Positions 19,995 to 28,038 of a stretch of 32,000 bases of DNA are shown in pieces. Position 1 is the first letter of the stretch; every line of letters begins with the position of its first letter. Source of the DNA: Candidatus Electrothrix sp. GW3-4 (GTDB lineage Bacteria; Desulfobacterota; Desulfobulbia; Desulfobulbales; Desulfobulbaceae); assembly GCF_037902255.1 (NCBI RefSeq), contig NZ_CP147990.1, positions 2,100,001-2,132,000 of the forward strand. The letters are read 5' to 3'. A model generated the notes under the pieces. That model saw only the letters and a list, made by a program, of their open reading frames with translations. It did not search any database and had not been told where the DNA came from. Both the position numbers and the translations under genes were made by a program.

Positions 19995-20774
19995 ATGCTG
20001 AAAACAGGAATTTACGTAGATGCTGAAAATATAAAAATGAGCGGCGGCTACGGCATGCGTTATGATGTTCTCGTTGACCTAGCCAACACAGCCCCATCCA
20101 CCCTGCTCCGTGCCAACTGCTACCTTGCTGAAGATCGGGAGCGAACCAGCCGGGATGTAGAATACCGGCAAAAAGTCTATTATTACCACGATATTCTTCG
20201 CCAATGCGGCTTTAAAATCATAAAAAAATATGTGCGCCGCTACGAAGATGAAGACGGCAATGTCACCACCAAGGCCAATGCAGATATGGATCTGGCCATT
20301 GATGCGCTGTTGCAGGCCCGTAACCTTGACCGGATAATCCTCCTCACCGGGGATGGTGATTTCATTCGCCTGGTAACAGCGATGCAGAATATGGGCTGCC
20401 GAGTGGATGTGATTGGTTTTCATAATGTCAGTCGGGAGCTCCGCGAAGTGGCAGATTCCTATCTATCTGGGTTCCTTATCCCTGGCCTGTTGCCTATTCA
20501 GGACGATCATGTCAATGGGGAAGGAGAATGGCAACGGGGCACGGTGGCCAATTTCAATGCAGACAGAGGCTTTGGTTTTTTTCGCTTTTTCCGCATGGAA
20601 AACAAGCAACTCAAGCCGGACACGGTCTTTTTTCATCTCTCCAAGTCCACGTTAGAGGGAGATTATTATTTCCAGGATACAACCCGCATTTTTGAGTTCA
20701 GGATCGTTGAAAATCCTTCCGGGGAAGGCGGCCGCTCCGAGGCCTGGGATATCCGACTTGTCAAAGAGCCCTAA
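19995..20774 (+). CDS. NYN (LabA-like) ribonuclease domain fused to a C-terminal cold-shock (CSD/OB) domain
   Basis: The N-terminal part has NYN/LabA hallmarks (GIYVDAENI, ANADMDLAIDAL, ILLTGDGDFIRLV...GCRVDVIGF). The C-terminal part resembles a CspA-like RNP motif (GTVANFNADRGFGFF ... VFFHLS ... FEFRIVE). Assigned by motif recall. Confidence 0.7.
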   Translation: MLKTGIYVDAENIKMSGGYGMRYDVLVDLANTAPSTLLRANCYLAEDRERTSRDVEYRQKVYYYHDILRQCGFKIIKKYVRRYEDEDGNVTTKANADMDLAIDALLQARNLDRIILLTGDGDFIRLVTAMQNMGCRVDVIGFHNVSRELREVADSYLSGFLIPGLLPIQDDHVNGEGEWQRGTVANFNADRGFGFFRFFRMENKQLKPDTVFFHLSKSTLEGDYYFQDTTRIFEFRIVENPSGEGGRSEAWDIRLVKEP

Positions 20775-20844
20775 GCTATAATGCGCCCTGCTGTCTTTGC
20801 CGCACAATGTTGAGCAATACCCGCGGCGCAAGGGGAGGAAAAAT

Positions 20845-21033
20845 ATGGCGGACATTATTATAGACGAGAAAAAATGCAACGGCTGCGGTGCCTGTGTAGA
20901 CACATGCCCCGGCGACGTTTATGAGTTGCGAGCGGGTAAGGCTATGGCAGTGCATCCCGATGCCTGTCATCATTGCCATACCTGTGAAGAAGTTTGCGAG
21001 CAGGATGCCTGTCATATCGTGGAAGAGGATTAG
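20845..21033 (+). CDS. Small 2x[4Fe-4S]-type ferredoxin (62 aa)
   Basis: RBS AGGGGAGG at 20831-20838, then ATG at 20845. Motif CNGCGACVDTCP plus a second cluster, CHHCHTCEEVC. The track ORF opens earlier, at 20797. Confidence 0.75.
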   Translation: MADIIIDEKKCNGCGACVDTCPGDVYELRAGKAMAVHPDACHHCHTCEEVCEQDACHIVEED

Positions 21034-21042
21034 AGCGGAGAA

Positions 21043-22104
21043 ATGTCTTCCCTTATTCTTGCCGGTGATATCGGGGCGACCAAGACGATCCTGGCCCTCT
21101 ACGACACCACTGGTGACACCAGCGATACCAGCAGCTCTGAGAGGCACAATAATGCTCAGGGGGGACTGCTGACAGAGAAGACCTTTCGCAATAAAGAATT
21201 CTCTGGTCTGCCAGAGCTCATAACGACCTTTCTGGCCGATCAGGAGGGCCGTCCTGCATGGGCCTGTTTCGGGGTAGCTGGCCCTGTTCGCGATAACAGG
21301 GTCCACATGACCAACCTGGATTGGTCCGTCAATGGCCCTGCCCTTGCCGCACAATTCGCCATGGATGCCGTGCTGCTGGTCAACGATCTGGTGGCAACAA
21401 CAGCTGGAGCCCTTCACCTTCCCAAAGAAAGCCTGGTTCCCTTGAATCAGGGGCAAGTCGACAGAGGAGGCAGTATCGGGGTCTTGGCTGTGGGGACAGG
21501 CCTTGGCCAAGCCTTTGCTCTGCCGCTGGCCAACCGCTTCCAGCCCTTTCCCACCGAAGGCGGGCATGCCAGCTTTGCTCCTCGCAATCAGGAGCAGATA
21601 GGGCTTTTGCAGTTTCTGCTGGCCTCATTGGAACAGCAACAGCAGCCCCCGCATGTGAGTGTGGAACAAGTTTGCTCAGGCATGGCCCTCCCGACCCTCT
21701 ACGCCTTTCAGCTCACCCGCTATCAAGAACCGGAATGGATGCAAAAAAAACGTCTGACTGCACCACCTGATGCACTCACACCACTGATTATTGAGGCGGC
21801 GGACGCAACATTAACTGGCGCCCTTCCCTGTGAGCCAGCAGTTCAAGCGGTACTGCTTCTGCTTGATATCTTGGCAGCTGAGGCAGCGAATTTCACCCTT
21901 AAGACCCTTGCCACTGGTGGGATCTTTCTTGGCGGAGGTATGCTGCCAAGGCTACTTGCTCACATTGACCGAACGCATTTTATGAAGATATTCTGTCGTG
22001 GAGTCTACCGAGACATGCTGGCCAACATTCCGGTGTTTATCATCACAGAACCCAAAACCGCCCTGATAGGTGCTCGACAGCTGGCCATGCAGACCAAACT
22101 TTGA
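21043..22104 (+). CDS. glk: Glucokinase (Glk family)
   Basis: N-terminal ATP-binding motif LAGDIGATKT, then EGGHASFAP and the C-terminal GGIFLGGGMLPRLL, typical of Glk-family hexokinases. Confidence 0.8.
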   Translation: MSSLILAGDIGATKTILALYDTTGDTSDTSSSERHNNAQGGLLTEKTFRNKEFSGLPELITTFLADQEGRPAWACFGVAGPVRDNRVHMTNLDWSVNGPALAAQFAMDAVLLVNDLVATTAGALHLPKESLVPLNQGQVDRGGSIGVLAVGTGLGQAFALPLANRFQPFPTEGGHASFAPRNQEQIGLLQFLLASLEQQQQPPHVSVEQVCSGMALPTLYAFQLTRYQEPEWMQKKRLTAPPDALTPLIIEAADATLTGALPCEPAVQAVLLLLDILAAEAANFTLKTLATGGIFLGGGMLPRLLAHIDRTHFMKIFCRGVYRDMLANIPVFIITEPKTALIGARQLAMQTKL

Positions 22105-22135
22105 GCATTCGTGATTGATCTTTTCTTTCCCTTCT

Positions 22136-22167
22136 AAGTAACATGACGTTGTACGTCACGGTTACTT
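22136..22167 (+). other. Long imperfect hairpin or palindrome just after the glk stop
   Basis: AAGTAAC-AT-GACGT-tgt-ACGTC-ACG-GTTACTT, about 13 pairs with one mismatch and one bulge. The centre is TGACGTtgtACGTCA. There is no clean T-tract. Confidence 0.4.
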
Positions 22168-22318
22168 CTAGGTTTGGTCTCGGTCGCTGGCCGGATGGGG
22201 CGCGCTTACAAGTACAATGGTTCTGACAAGAGAAGCACTCTACACTTATTCCCGGTTATTCTCACTTTTGTACTGACTCACCCCTGAAGGGGGCTCATTT
22301 ACATACGAAAAGAAAATT

Positions 22319-23422
22319 ATGGACCTCATTGCAGCAGGAGGCAGCCTCCTGATTATCTTGTTCGCCATCTACATCCTGGCGATCATGACTGACGAGTATT
22401 TCATTCCCAGCCTGGATCATATCTCAGGCCTCCTGAATATTCCTTCAAATGTGGCCGGGGCCTCGCTCATGGCTATGGGGTCTTCGGCCCCAGAACTTGC
22501 CATCGCCCTGACTGCCCTTTTCGAAGGGAGTGGAGAGCATAGTGACGTGGGTATCGGCACCATTGTCGGCTCTGCGGTCTTTAATATCCTAGTCATCACC
22601 GGGGCTTCCGCCCTGGCCCGGCCAGCCAAAATTACCCTTTCCGTTGTTATCCGAGATTGCCTGGTGTATGTGCTGTCTATCGCTCTGCTTCTCTATACCT
22701 TTTACGACGGACAGATCCATCCGCTTGAAGCCTTTTCTTTTCTTGTTGTCTACCTAACCTACCTGATCATCCTTTATAAATGGAATTCCTGGTTCCCAGA
22801 AGATGTCCTTGCCAACGTCAAGGAGGCCGAAGAATCAGAACAGCTCCTCAGTGAACAACCAACTGATAAAGGCCAGCGTTCCATAATGGTCCTTATGAAA
22901 GATGGGACAACCAAGGTATTGGGTATCTTTGCTGGCAGCGTGGAGCAGGCTTATCTGCGAGTTTTCTTCGTCTCCATCGCCATCATTATCATGCTCAGCT
23001 GGATTCTGGTCAAAAGTGTTATTGTCTTTGGCAATGCCACCAGCATTCCCCCGGTTATCATCGCCCTGACCTTATTGGCTGCCGGAACTTCAGCCCCGGA
23101 TATGATTTCCTCAGTTGTGGTTGCCCGACAAGGACGAGGAGATATGGCTGTAGCCAACGCGGTAGGCTCAAATATCTTTGATATCCTGGTGGGTCTGGGG
23201 TTCCCCTGGCTCCTTGCCATGGGAATTGGGATGATGACAGGCGCTCCAGCCTTTGTGGAAGTAGGTACGGCTGATCTTCTCAGCTCTACCCTGGTGCTGC
23301 TGGGAACGGTCTTTGTCCTTTTTCTCTTTCTCTACACCGAACGCACCCTCAGCCGAATTGAGGGGGGGATTTTGATCTTCCTCTATGTTCTCTATGTACT
23401 GTGGATTTGGTTGGGAGGATGA
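22319..23422 (+). CDS. Ca2+/Na+ (CaCA/YrbG-type) cation antiporter
   Basis: Two alpha-repeat signatures (GSSAPELAIAL and GTSAPDMISSV). About 10 TM segments with a central acidic loop. Confidence 0.8.
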   Translation: MDLIAAGGSLLIILFAIYILAIMTDEYFIPSLDHISGLLNIPSNVAGASLMAMGSSAPELAIALTALFEGSGEHSDVGIGTIVGSAVFNILVITGASALARPAKITLSVVIRDCLVYVLSIALLLYTFYDGQIHPLEAFSFLVVYLTYLIILYKWNSWFPEDVLANVKEAEESEQLLSEQPTDKGQRSIMVLMKDGTTKVLGIFAGSVEQAYLRVFFVSIAIIIMLSWILVKSVIVFGNATSIPPVIIALTLLAAGTSAPDMISSVVVARQGRGDMAVANAVGSNIFDILVGLGFPWLLAMGIGMMTGAPAFVEVGTADLLSSTLVLLGTVFVLFLFLYTERTLSRIEGGILIFLYVLYVLWIWLGG

Positions 23423-23531
23423 GAGAAGGTCTGAGGCATCAATCCCCCCGCGTACCACCGAGTGGTCCTGCATAATACAACAACAAGAATCATCTTGATA
23501 TCCCCAAAAAAATCTTCCTCCAAAAAATAAT

Positions 23532-23560
23532 TTGACATAATAACTATTATTACATAGCAT
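23532..23560 (+). promoter_or_regulatory. Candidate promoter for the small secreted protein (TTGACA-17 nt-TAGCAT)
   Basis: Perfect -35 TTGACA at 23532-23537, 17-nt spacer, weak -10 TAGCAT at 23555-23560. Sequence match only. Confidence 0.3.
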
Positions 23561-23609
23561 TTTCTTATGTATCTCAGTTATTCGATGTTAACAAAAAGGA
23601 GGGAAGCCA

Positions 23610-23978
23610 ATGAAAAAATACAATCAGGTCGTTCCATTTATCTTGCTGGTACTATGTGCTCTCTGGGTTCCAAATGCATTTGCTGCTTTAAGCCCCCATT
23701 CTGCACCTGATCTTTCCGCATTAACGGTGAAAGAGGCGGATGCAAAATATGGTGTTGGCTCTGGATACGAACAGCCATTCGTTTTTGAAGTGAACGCTGA
23801 AGTCGGCAATTCCAAATGTGTCTCAATAGGGCCTGATTGCAGTAAGGCCTGCCCAACAGCAAAAATCTACTACCAATCTCCTCAGCATTACCTGAACAGG
23901 GACGGGAGCAGTACAATGAAAGTGGATATTTATTTTGATAACAACGACCCAATAACCTCAAGAGATCCCTCATGTTGA
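23610..23978 (+). CDS. Small secreted protein of unknown function (122 aa, Sec signal peptide, 4 Cys in the mature part)
   Basis: AGGAGG RBS. The signal peptide MKKYNQVVPFILLVLCALWVPNAFA|A has an AxA cleavage site. The mature part carries C-x6-C-x3-C plus a C-terminal Cys. I recognise no family. Confidence 0.6.
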   Translation: MKKYNQVVPFILLVLCALWVPNAFAALSPHSAPDLSALTVKEADAKYGVGSGYEQPFVFEVNAEVGNSKCVSIGPDCSKACPTAKIYYQSPQHYLNRDGSSTMKVDIYFDNNDPITSRDPSC

Positions 23979-24049
23979 GGACTGAATAACCTGTTTTCCA
24001 AAGAGGCTTATTGCAAGACCTCCACGTTCCTCAGTTATATCCCTATAAC

Positions 24050-24085
24050 TCCCATGCCAGCAGGTAGGGACAACAAAACATGAAA
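24050..24085 (+). repeat. Conserved intergenic element, copy B (hairpin plus 28-nt core)
   Basis: Core 24058-24085 matches 13410-13437 at 26/28 positions. Stem TCCC(A)TGC (24050-24057) pairs with GTAGGGA (24064-24070). Confidence 0.8.
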
Positions 24086-24140
24086 AGTATCAGATGACTC
24101 GTCCGGGTCACCCGTCGTTTTCACATAACACGTTGCAGCA

Positions 24141-24175
24141 AAAGAAAGGTGGATGTATCGTCCGCCTTTCTTTTT
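24141..24175 (+). terminator. Strong rho-independent terminator (A-tract / T-tract flanked, potentially bidirectional)
   Basis: A 13-bp stem AAAGAAAGGTGGA / TCCGCCTTTCTTT (one G-U) with a 7-nt loop, running into T5 (24171-24175). Confidence 0.8.
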
Positions 24176-24652
24176 ACTTGCTCCACCAATTCCTCAGATC
24201 TGGTCAAAGCGAACACTTCGTCTTCCGCCCTCAAATACAACTAAAGTTATGATACCGAGTTATGCAGCAGAAAAAACCTCACGAGAACATGCGAATTTCT
24301 AACAAATTAACAAAACCGCCAAAAACCTACGTAACCACAATAAAATATTTATATCCGAGCGAAAAAAACAGCTGCATTAAAAAATTATTTGGATGGCACT
24401 CAATCTCTTTTTCCTGTATATTTTTTTCTCAACATTTGATGGTTTCGTAAAAAGTCCAATTTTGCGAAAAATCGCATCGTAACTCATTGAGTTGCCGTTA
24501 GCGATTTGCTGAATTCTGACTTTTTACCAGATCATCAATATTTATATTTTGAGGAACAATAATTCGCTGCTGCAGTGCAGACAAACGCACTCCTCATAAT
24601 ACAAAAATTATCTGCTTTATCTCAGTGAGATGGATAACGAAAAGGTGGTACT

Positions 24653-25123
24653 TTGAAAAAAGAGGTCAGAAAACAGAACGCAAGCAGATTCCCCCTGCGA
24701 AACCAAAAAGGCTTCACCCTGATTGAGCTCATGGTGGTCATCGTGATTCTCGGTATTCTTGCGGGCATGATCGTGCCCCGAATAATGGATCGACCGGAAG
24801 AGGCTCGGCGCACTAAGGCTGGCGTTGATATCGGCGCACTCAGTCAGGCCCTGAAAATGTACAAACTGGACAACGGCAAATACCCCACCACTGATCAGGG
24901 ATTACAGGCCCTGATTGAGCCGCCTTCAACCGGCAAACTGGCAAAAAACTGGCGTGATGGCGGCTACCTGGACAAAAGCGTTGTTCCTAAAGATCCCTGG
25001 GATAACGATTTCATCTACATCTGCCCGGGTCTGCATGGCGATTTCGACCTAATGTCCTACGGACCGGATAACGAACCTGGTGGTGAAGGTATGGATGCGG
25101 ATATTAACAGTTGGGAGATGTGA
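24653..25123 (+). CDS. gspG: Type II secretion major pseudopilin GspG
   Basis: Prepilin motif KG|FTLIELMVVIVILGILA, followed by GspG-specific sequence (RRTKAGVDIGALSQALKMYKLDNGKYPTTDQGLQALI...DPWDNDFIY...SYGPDNEPGGEGMDADINSW). TTG start with AGGTGG 4 nt upstream. Confidence 0.93.
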   Translation: MKKEVRKQNASRFPLRNQKGFTLIELMVVIVILGILAGMIVPRIMDRPEEARRTKAGVDIGALSQALKMYKLDNGKYPTTDQGLQALIEPPSTGKLAKNWRDGGYLDKSVVPKDPWDNDFIYICPGLHGDFDLMSYGPDNEPGGEGMDADINSWEM

Positions 25124-25156
25124 TCACCCCATTCACTCTTTTCCATAAGGGAGCAG

Positions 25157-25699
25157 ATGCGCACCAGGACCGACCAAAGGGGCTTTACCCTTCTTGAGCT
25201 GATCATTGTCATGGTGCTGATCTCCCTGACAGCTTCTTTCACTCTGCCCAGGATCCAATCCAGTCTCTATACCAATGAACTCAGAGCAACAGCCCAGCGT
25301 TTTGTTGGCTTGGTCACCGAAGTAGCTCAGGAGGCCAGGGCCAAGCATACCGCCTTTTTCCTCCGCTTTGATGCTGACGAAAAGGCTTTTCTTGTTCTCC
25401 CAGCAAGTTCCGAACCGGAGACAGAGGAAGGAAAGGGTAAAAAAAACTCTTTGCAGGCAAAACTGGATGAATCTGTAACCTTGGAAGGAATAGAGACCCA
25501 ACAGCATGAGGCCTCAACAGGCATCGATGATACAGGGATATTTTTTACAACAAAGGGGTATACCAGAAAAGCAGCCATTCATTTTGAAGGCGAAAACGGC
25601 GACCAGATCAGCGTTATTCTTTCCCCCTTTCTCGGGGTTGCCAGGATCCTAAAAGGACATGTTTCGCTTGAGGATGATCGAATGACGGTGAGCAGGTAG
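25157..25699 (+). CDS. gspH: Type II secretion minor pseudopilin GspH
   Basis: Prepilin motif RG|FTLLELIIVMVLISL. Size and position after gspG agree. Confidence 0.7.
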   Translation: MRTRTDQRGFTLLELIIVMVLISLTASFTLPRIQSSLYTNELRATAQRFVGLVTEVAQEARAKHTAFFLRFDADEKAFLVLPASSEPETEEGKGKKNSLQAKLDESVTLEGIETQQHEASTGIDDTGIFFTTKGYTRKAAIHFEGENGDQISVILSPFLGVARILKGHVSLEDDRMTVSR

Positions 25700-25708
25700 C
25701 CCTAGATA

Positions 25709-26137
25709 ATGTTCTTTTCTTCTCACAAAAAATCGTCGCAAACAGGGTTCACCCTGCTTGAGGTCATGGTTGCAGTAGCGATCATCGGTATGACCTTTGT
25801 CTCCCTGTTAGGCTCCCAGTCGCAGAGTATCTCCATCGCTGACATCTCTCGTTCTGAAACAACCGCTGCCATGCTGGCCCGGGAAAAACTTTCTGATCTT
25901 CAGCTCATAGGCTTTGACGAGTTAGATAATAGCACAGGCCAGTTTGACGATCCATTCGCAGATTATTTTTGGCAGGCAAAAGTCAGTGCCTTGAGTGAAG
26001 ACGAGACAGGTATAACAGACACAGAGGACATGCTCAAGCTGGTCACCCTTACAATCAGTCGCGGTGAGGATAAGAACCAGGTCTTCACGGTTCGTGCCGT
26101 CATCATGACAGCGATTGAGCCTGCTGAGGACCAATGA
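25709..26137 (+). CDS. gspI: Type II secretion minor pseudopilin GspI
   Basis: Prepilin motif TG|FTLLEVMVAVAIIG. About 140 aa. Position agrees. Confidence 0.72.
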   Translation: MFFSSHKKSSQTGFTLLEVMVAVAIIGMTFVSLLGSQSQSISIADISRSETTAAMLAREKLSDLQLIGFDELDNSTGQFDDPFADYFWQAKVSALSEDETGITDTEDMLKLVTLTISRGEDKNQVFTVRAVIMTAIEPAEDQ

Positions 26138-26835
26138 ATTTGCCCCAGCAAAAAGAGTCTGGCTTTACCCTGCTGGAGATAATGCTGGCCGTGCTTATCC
26201 TCGGTCTTGTGGTCTCTATGGTGACGGTCTCTCTGTCCGGGTCCATCAATGCCATTGATGTCACTATAAAACAGGGGGAGCTCTACTATCGGGCCCAGAT
26301 AGCCATGGAAAGAATCAGTGAGGACCTGACCTCGGCCCTACTCACCAGCGACATGGAATTCATGGGAGAGAAAGGCAATGAGAGCGCTGGTCAGGCAGTC
26401 CTGCTCACCTTTTCCTCAATGGCCCATCTGGTATTTGATCCGAAGAATGATAGCCCAGGCATGGGTAGAATCACCTATGCCGTGCAAGCGGATCCTGACC
26501 AGAATAACCATCTCTTCCTTTTGCGCAGTGATGTTCTCCAACGGCCAACAGAAGACAACAAAGGCACTGGTGAGATTGAGGCCTTTGTTCTCGCAGATCG
26601 GTTGCGCTCTGTTACCTTTACCTATTATGATCAGCAGGGCGGAAAACAGGAAAGCTGGGACACTACGGTCCAGGAGGGAGACGAAGAGGCCAAGGCAAAA
26701 CGGCGATTGCCTGCTGCGGTGACCTGTCGTCTGGAGTTCTGGATTAATGCAGAAGAGGAGCGGACAATCACCTTTCAAACAACCGTGCTGCTGCCAACCG
26801 GGCTGATTCAAGCCAAACCTGAGGGAGGAAGCTGA
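26134..26835 (+). CDS. gspJ: Type II secretion minor pseudopilin GspJ
   Basis: Prepilin motif SG|FTLLEIMLAVLILG. 233 aa. ATGA overlap with gspI. Confidence 0.72.
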   Translation: MNLPQQKESGFTLLEIMLAVLILGLVVSMVTVSLSGSINAIDVTIKQGELYYRAQIAMERISEDLTSALLTSDMEFMGEKGNESAGQAVLLTFSSMAHLVFDPKNDSPGMGRITYAVQADPDQNNHLFLLRSDVLQRPTEDNKGTGEIEAFVLADRLRSVTFTYYDQQGGKQESWDTTVQEGDEEAKAKRRLPAAVTCRLEFWINAEEERTITFQTTVLLPTGLIQAKPEGGS

Positions 26836-27902
26836 TGCTGCCTGCGTCCCTTTTCCGTGATCGTTCCGGCATGGCCTTGGTGCTGACCCTCCTGGCAATC
26901 AGTTTTCTTGTTGCAGTTACTGTGCAGCTCAGCACCTCTGTCAATGGACAAATGCAGGCTGCTGCCAACCAAAGCACCGCTGTTCGTCTGGATGCCATGC
27001 TGTTATCCGGGCTCAACCTTGCGCGAGCTGCCCTCCTGGCAGATCAGAAGGAAAACGAAGATACTGCTGACTCCCAATTTGACCGCTGGGGGACTCTTGA
27101 TTCAGCGCTGCTCAGTGAACTCTTTTCTGGTTCACTGGACATCACCGTCACAGACCTGTCTGGTCGTTTACAGGCCAATGCCTTGGTGTGGACAGAAAAA
27201 GAAAAAGCAGCCTGGAAAAAAAAACAAAAGGGCAAGAACAAAAAAAAAGACCCGGCAAAGCTCCAGCGAATCCTCTGGAAACGCTTCCTGCTCCGTGGAA
27301 ACCTGGGCATTGAAGGCCTTGATGAGGACCAGGCCACAACTATGTTGGACAGCCTGGTGGACTGGCTAGACGCAGATGATGAAAAGGAGGAAAACGGTGC
27401 AGAAAAAGAGTATTACAGCAGTCTTGATCCTCCTTATATCCCAACCAATGGCCCCATGCCCATTATAGAGGATTTGCTGCTCGTCAAAGGATGGGAGCAA
27501 AAAATCCTTTACAGCGAACTGAAAAAAAAGGACAATAGCCCATCGCATCTCATTGCCTATTTGACCAATGGCGAGCAACCGGGTATGGTCAATATCAATA
27601 CTGCCCCTGCACTGGTTCTTCAAGCCCTCCACGAAGAGATGACGGAAGAACTCGCTGCTGATATGGTGTCCTACAGAGAGGACGAAAACAATAAGGAGTT
27701 GCTGAATCAGGTCACCTGGTACCGAAATGTTCCTGGCTTCCCAGGAAGTATTTCCTTTGATCAAACCCTGATAACAACTGCAAGTAATCTCTTCAAGATA
27801 ACTGTAACTGCTGCGGATAAGGGACTCCAACGAACCGGCGAAGGAATTATCCAGCGCAAAGAAAATCAGGAACAGGCTCTGCTTTACTGGAAGATACAAT
27901 GA
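26835..27902 (+). CDS. gspK: Type II secretion minor pseudopilin GspK
   Basis: Non-canonical N-terminus GMALVLTLLAISFL. GspK-type core (LVDWLDADDEKEENGAEKEYYSSLDPPYIPTNGPMPIIEDLLLVKGW, VNINTAP). Confidence 0.82.
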   Translation: MLPASLFRDRSGMALVLTLLAISFLVAVTVQLSTSVNGQMQAAANQSTAVRLDAMLLSGLNLARAALLADQKENEDTADSQFDRWGTLDSALLSELFSGSLDITVTDLSGRLQANALVWTEKEKAAWKKKQKGKNKKKDPAKLQRILWKRFLLRGNLGIEGLDEDQATTMLDSLVDWLDADDEKEENGAEKEYYSSLDPPYIPTNGPMPIIEDLLLVKGWEQKILYSELKKKDNSPSHLIAYLTNGEQPGMVNINTAPALVLQALHEEMTEELAADMVSYREDENNKELLNQVTWYRNVPGFPGSISFDQTLITTASNLFKITVTAADKGLQRTGEGIIQRKENQEQALLYWKIQ

Positions 27903-28038
27903 ACAATAGTTTGACATCTCCTGCGCCCCTCTCTTGCGAGGTTGTGCAGCTCTCCCTCATGCCTTCTTTTCCTTACCCACAACATGGCCTCCCGTCTTGT
28001 GGATCAGTATACCCTTTCTTGAAAAGCTGCATGCTGTA

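Noticed and set aside
24394-24409. Sigma54-like -24 element TGGCAC upstream of the gsp operon.
   Set aside because: The required -12 TTGC(A/T) element is missing; CTCTT occupies that position after the 5-nt spacer. A lone TGGCAC hexamer is expected by chance several times in 32 kb.
24262-24450. 62-aa ORF in the AT-rich region upstream of gspG.
   Set aside because: It has no RBS, a Lys/Asn/Ile-rich low-complexity composition driven by AT richness, and no recognisable motif.
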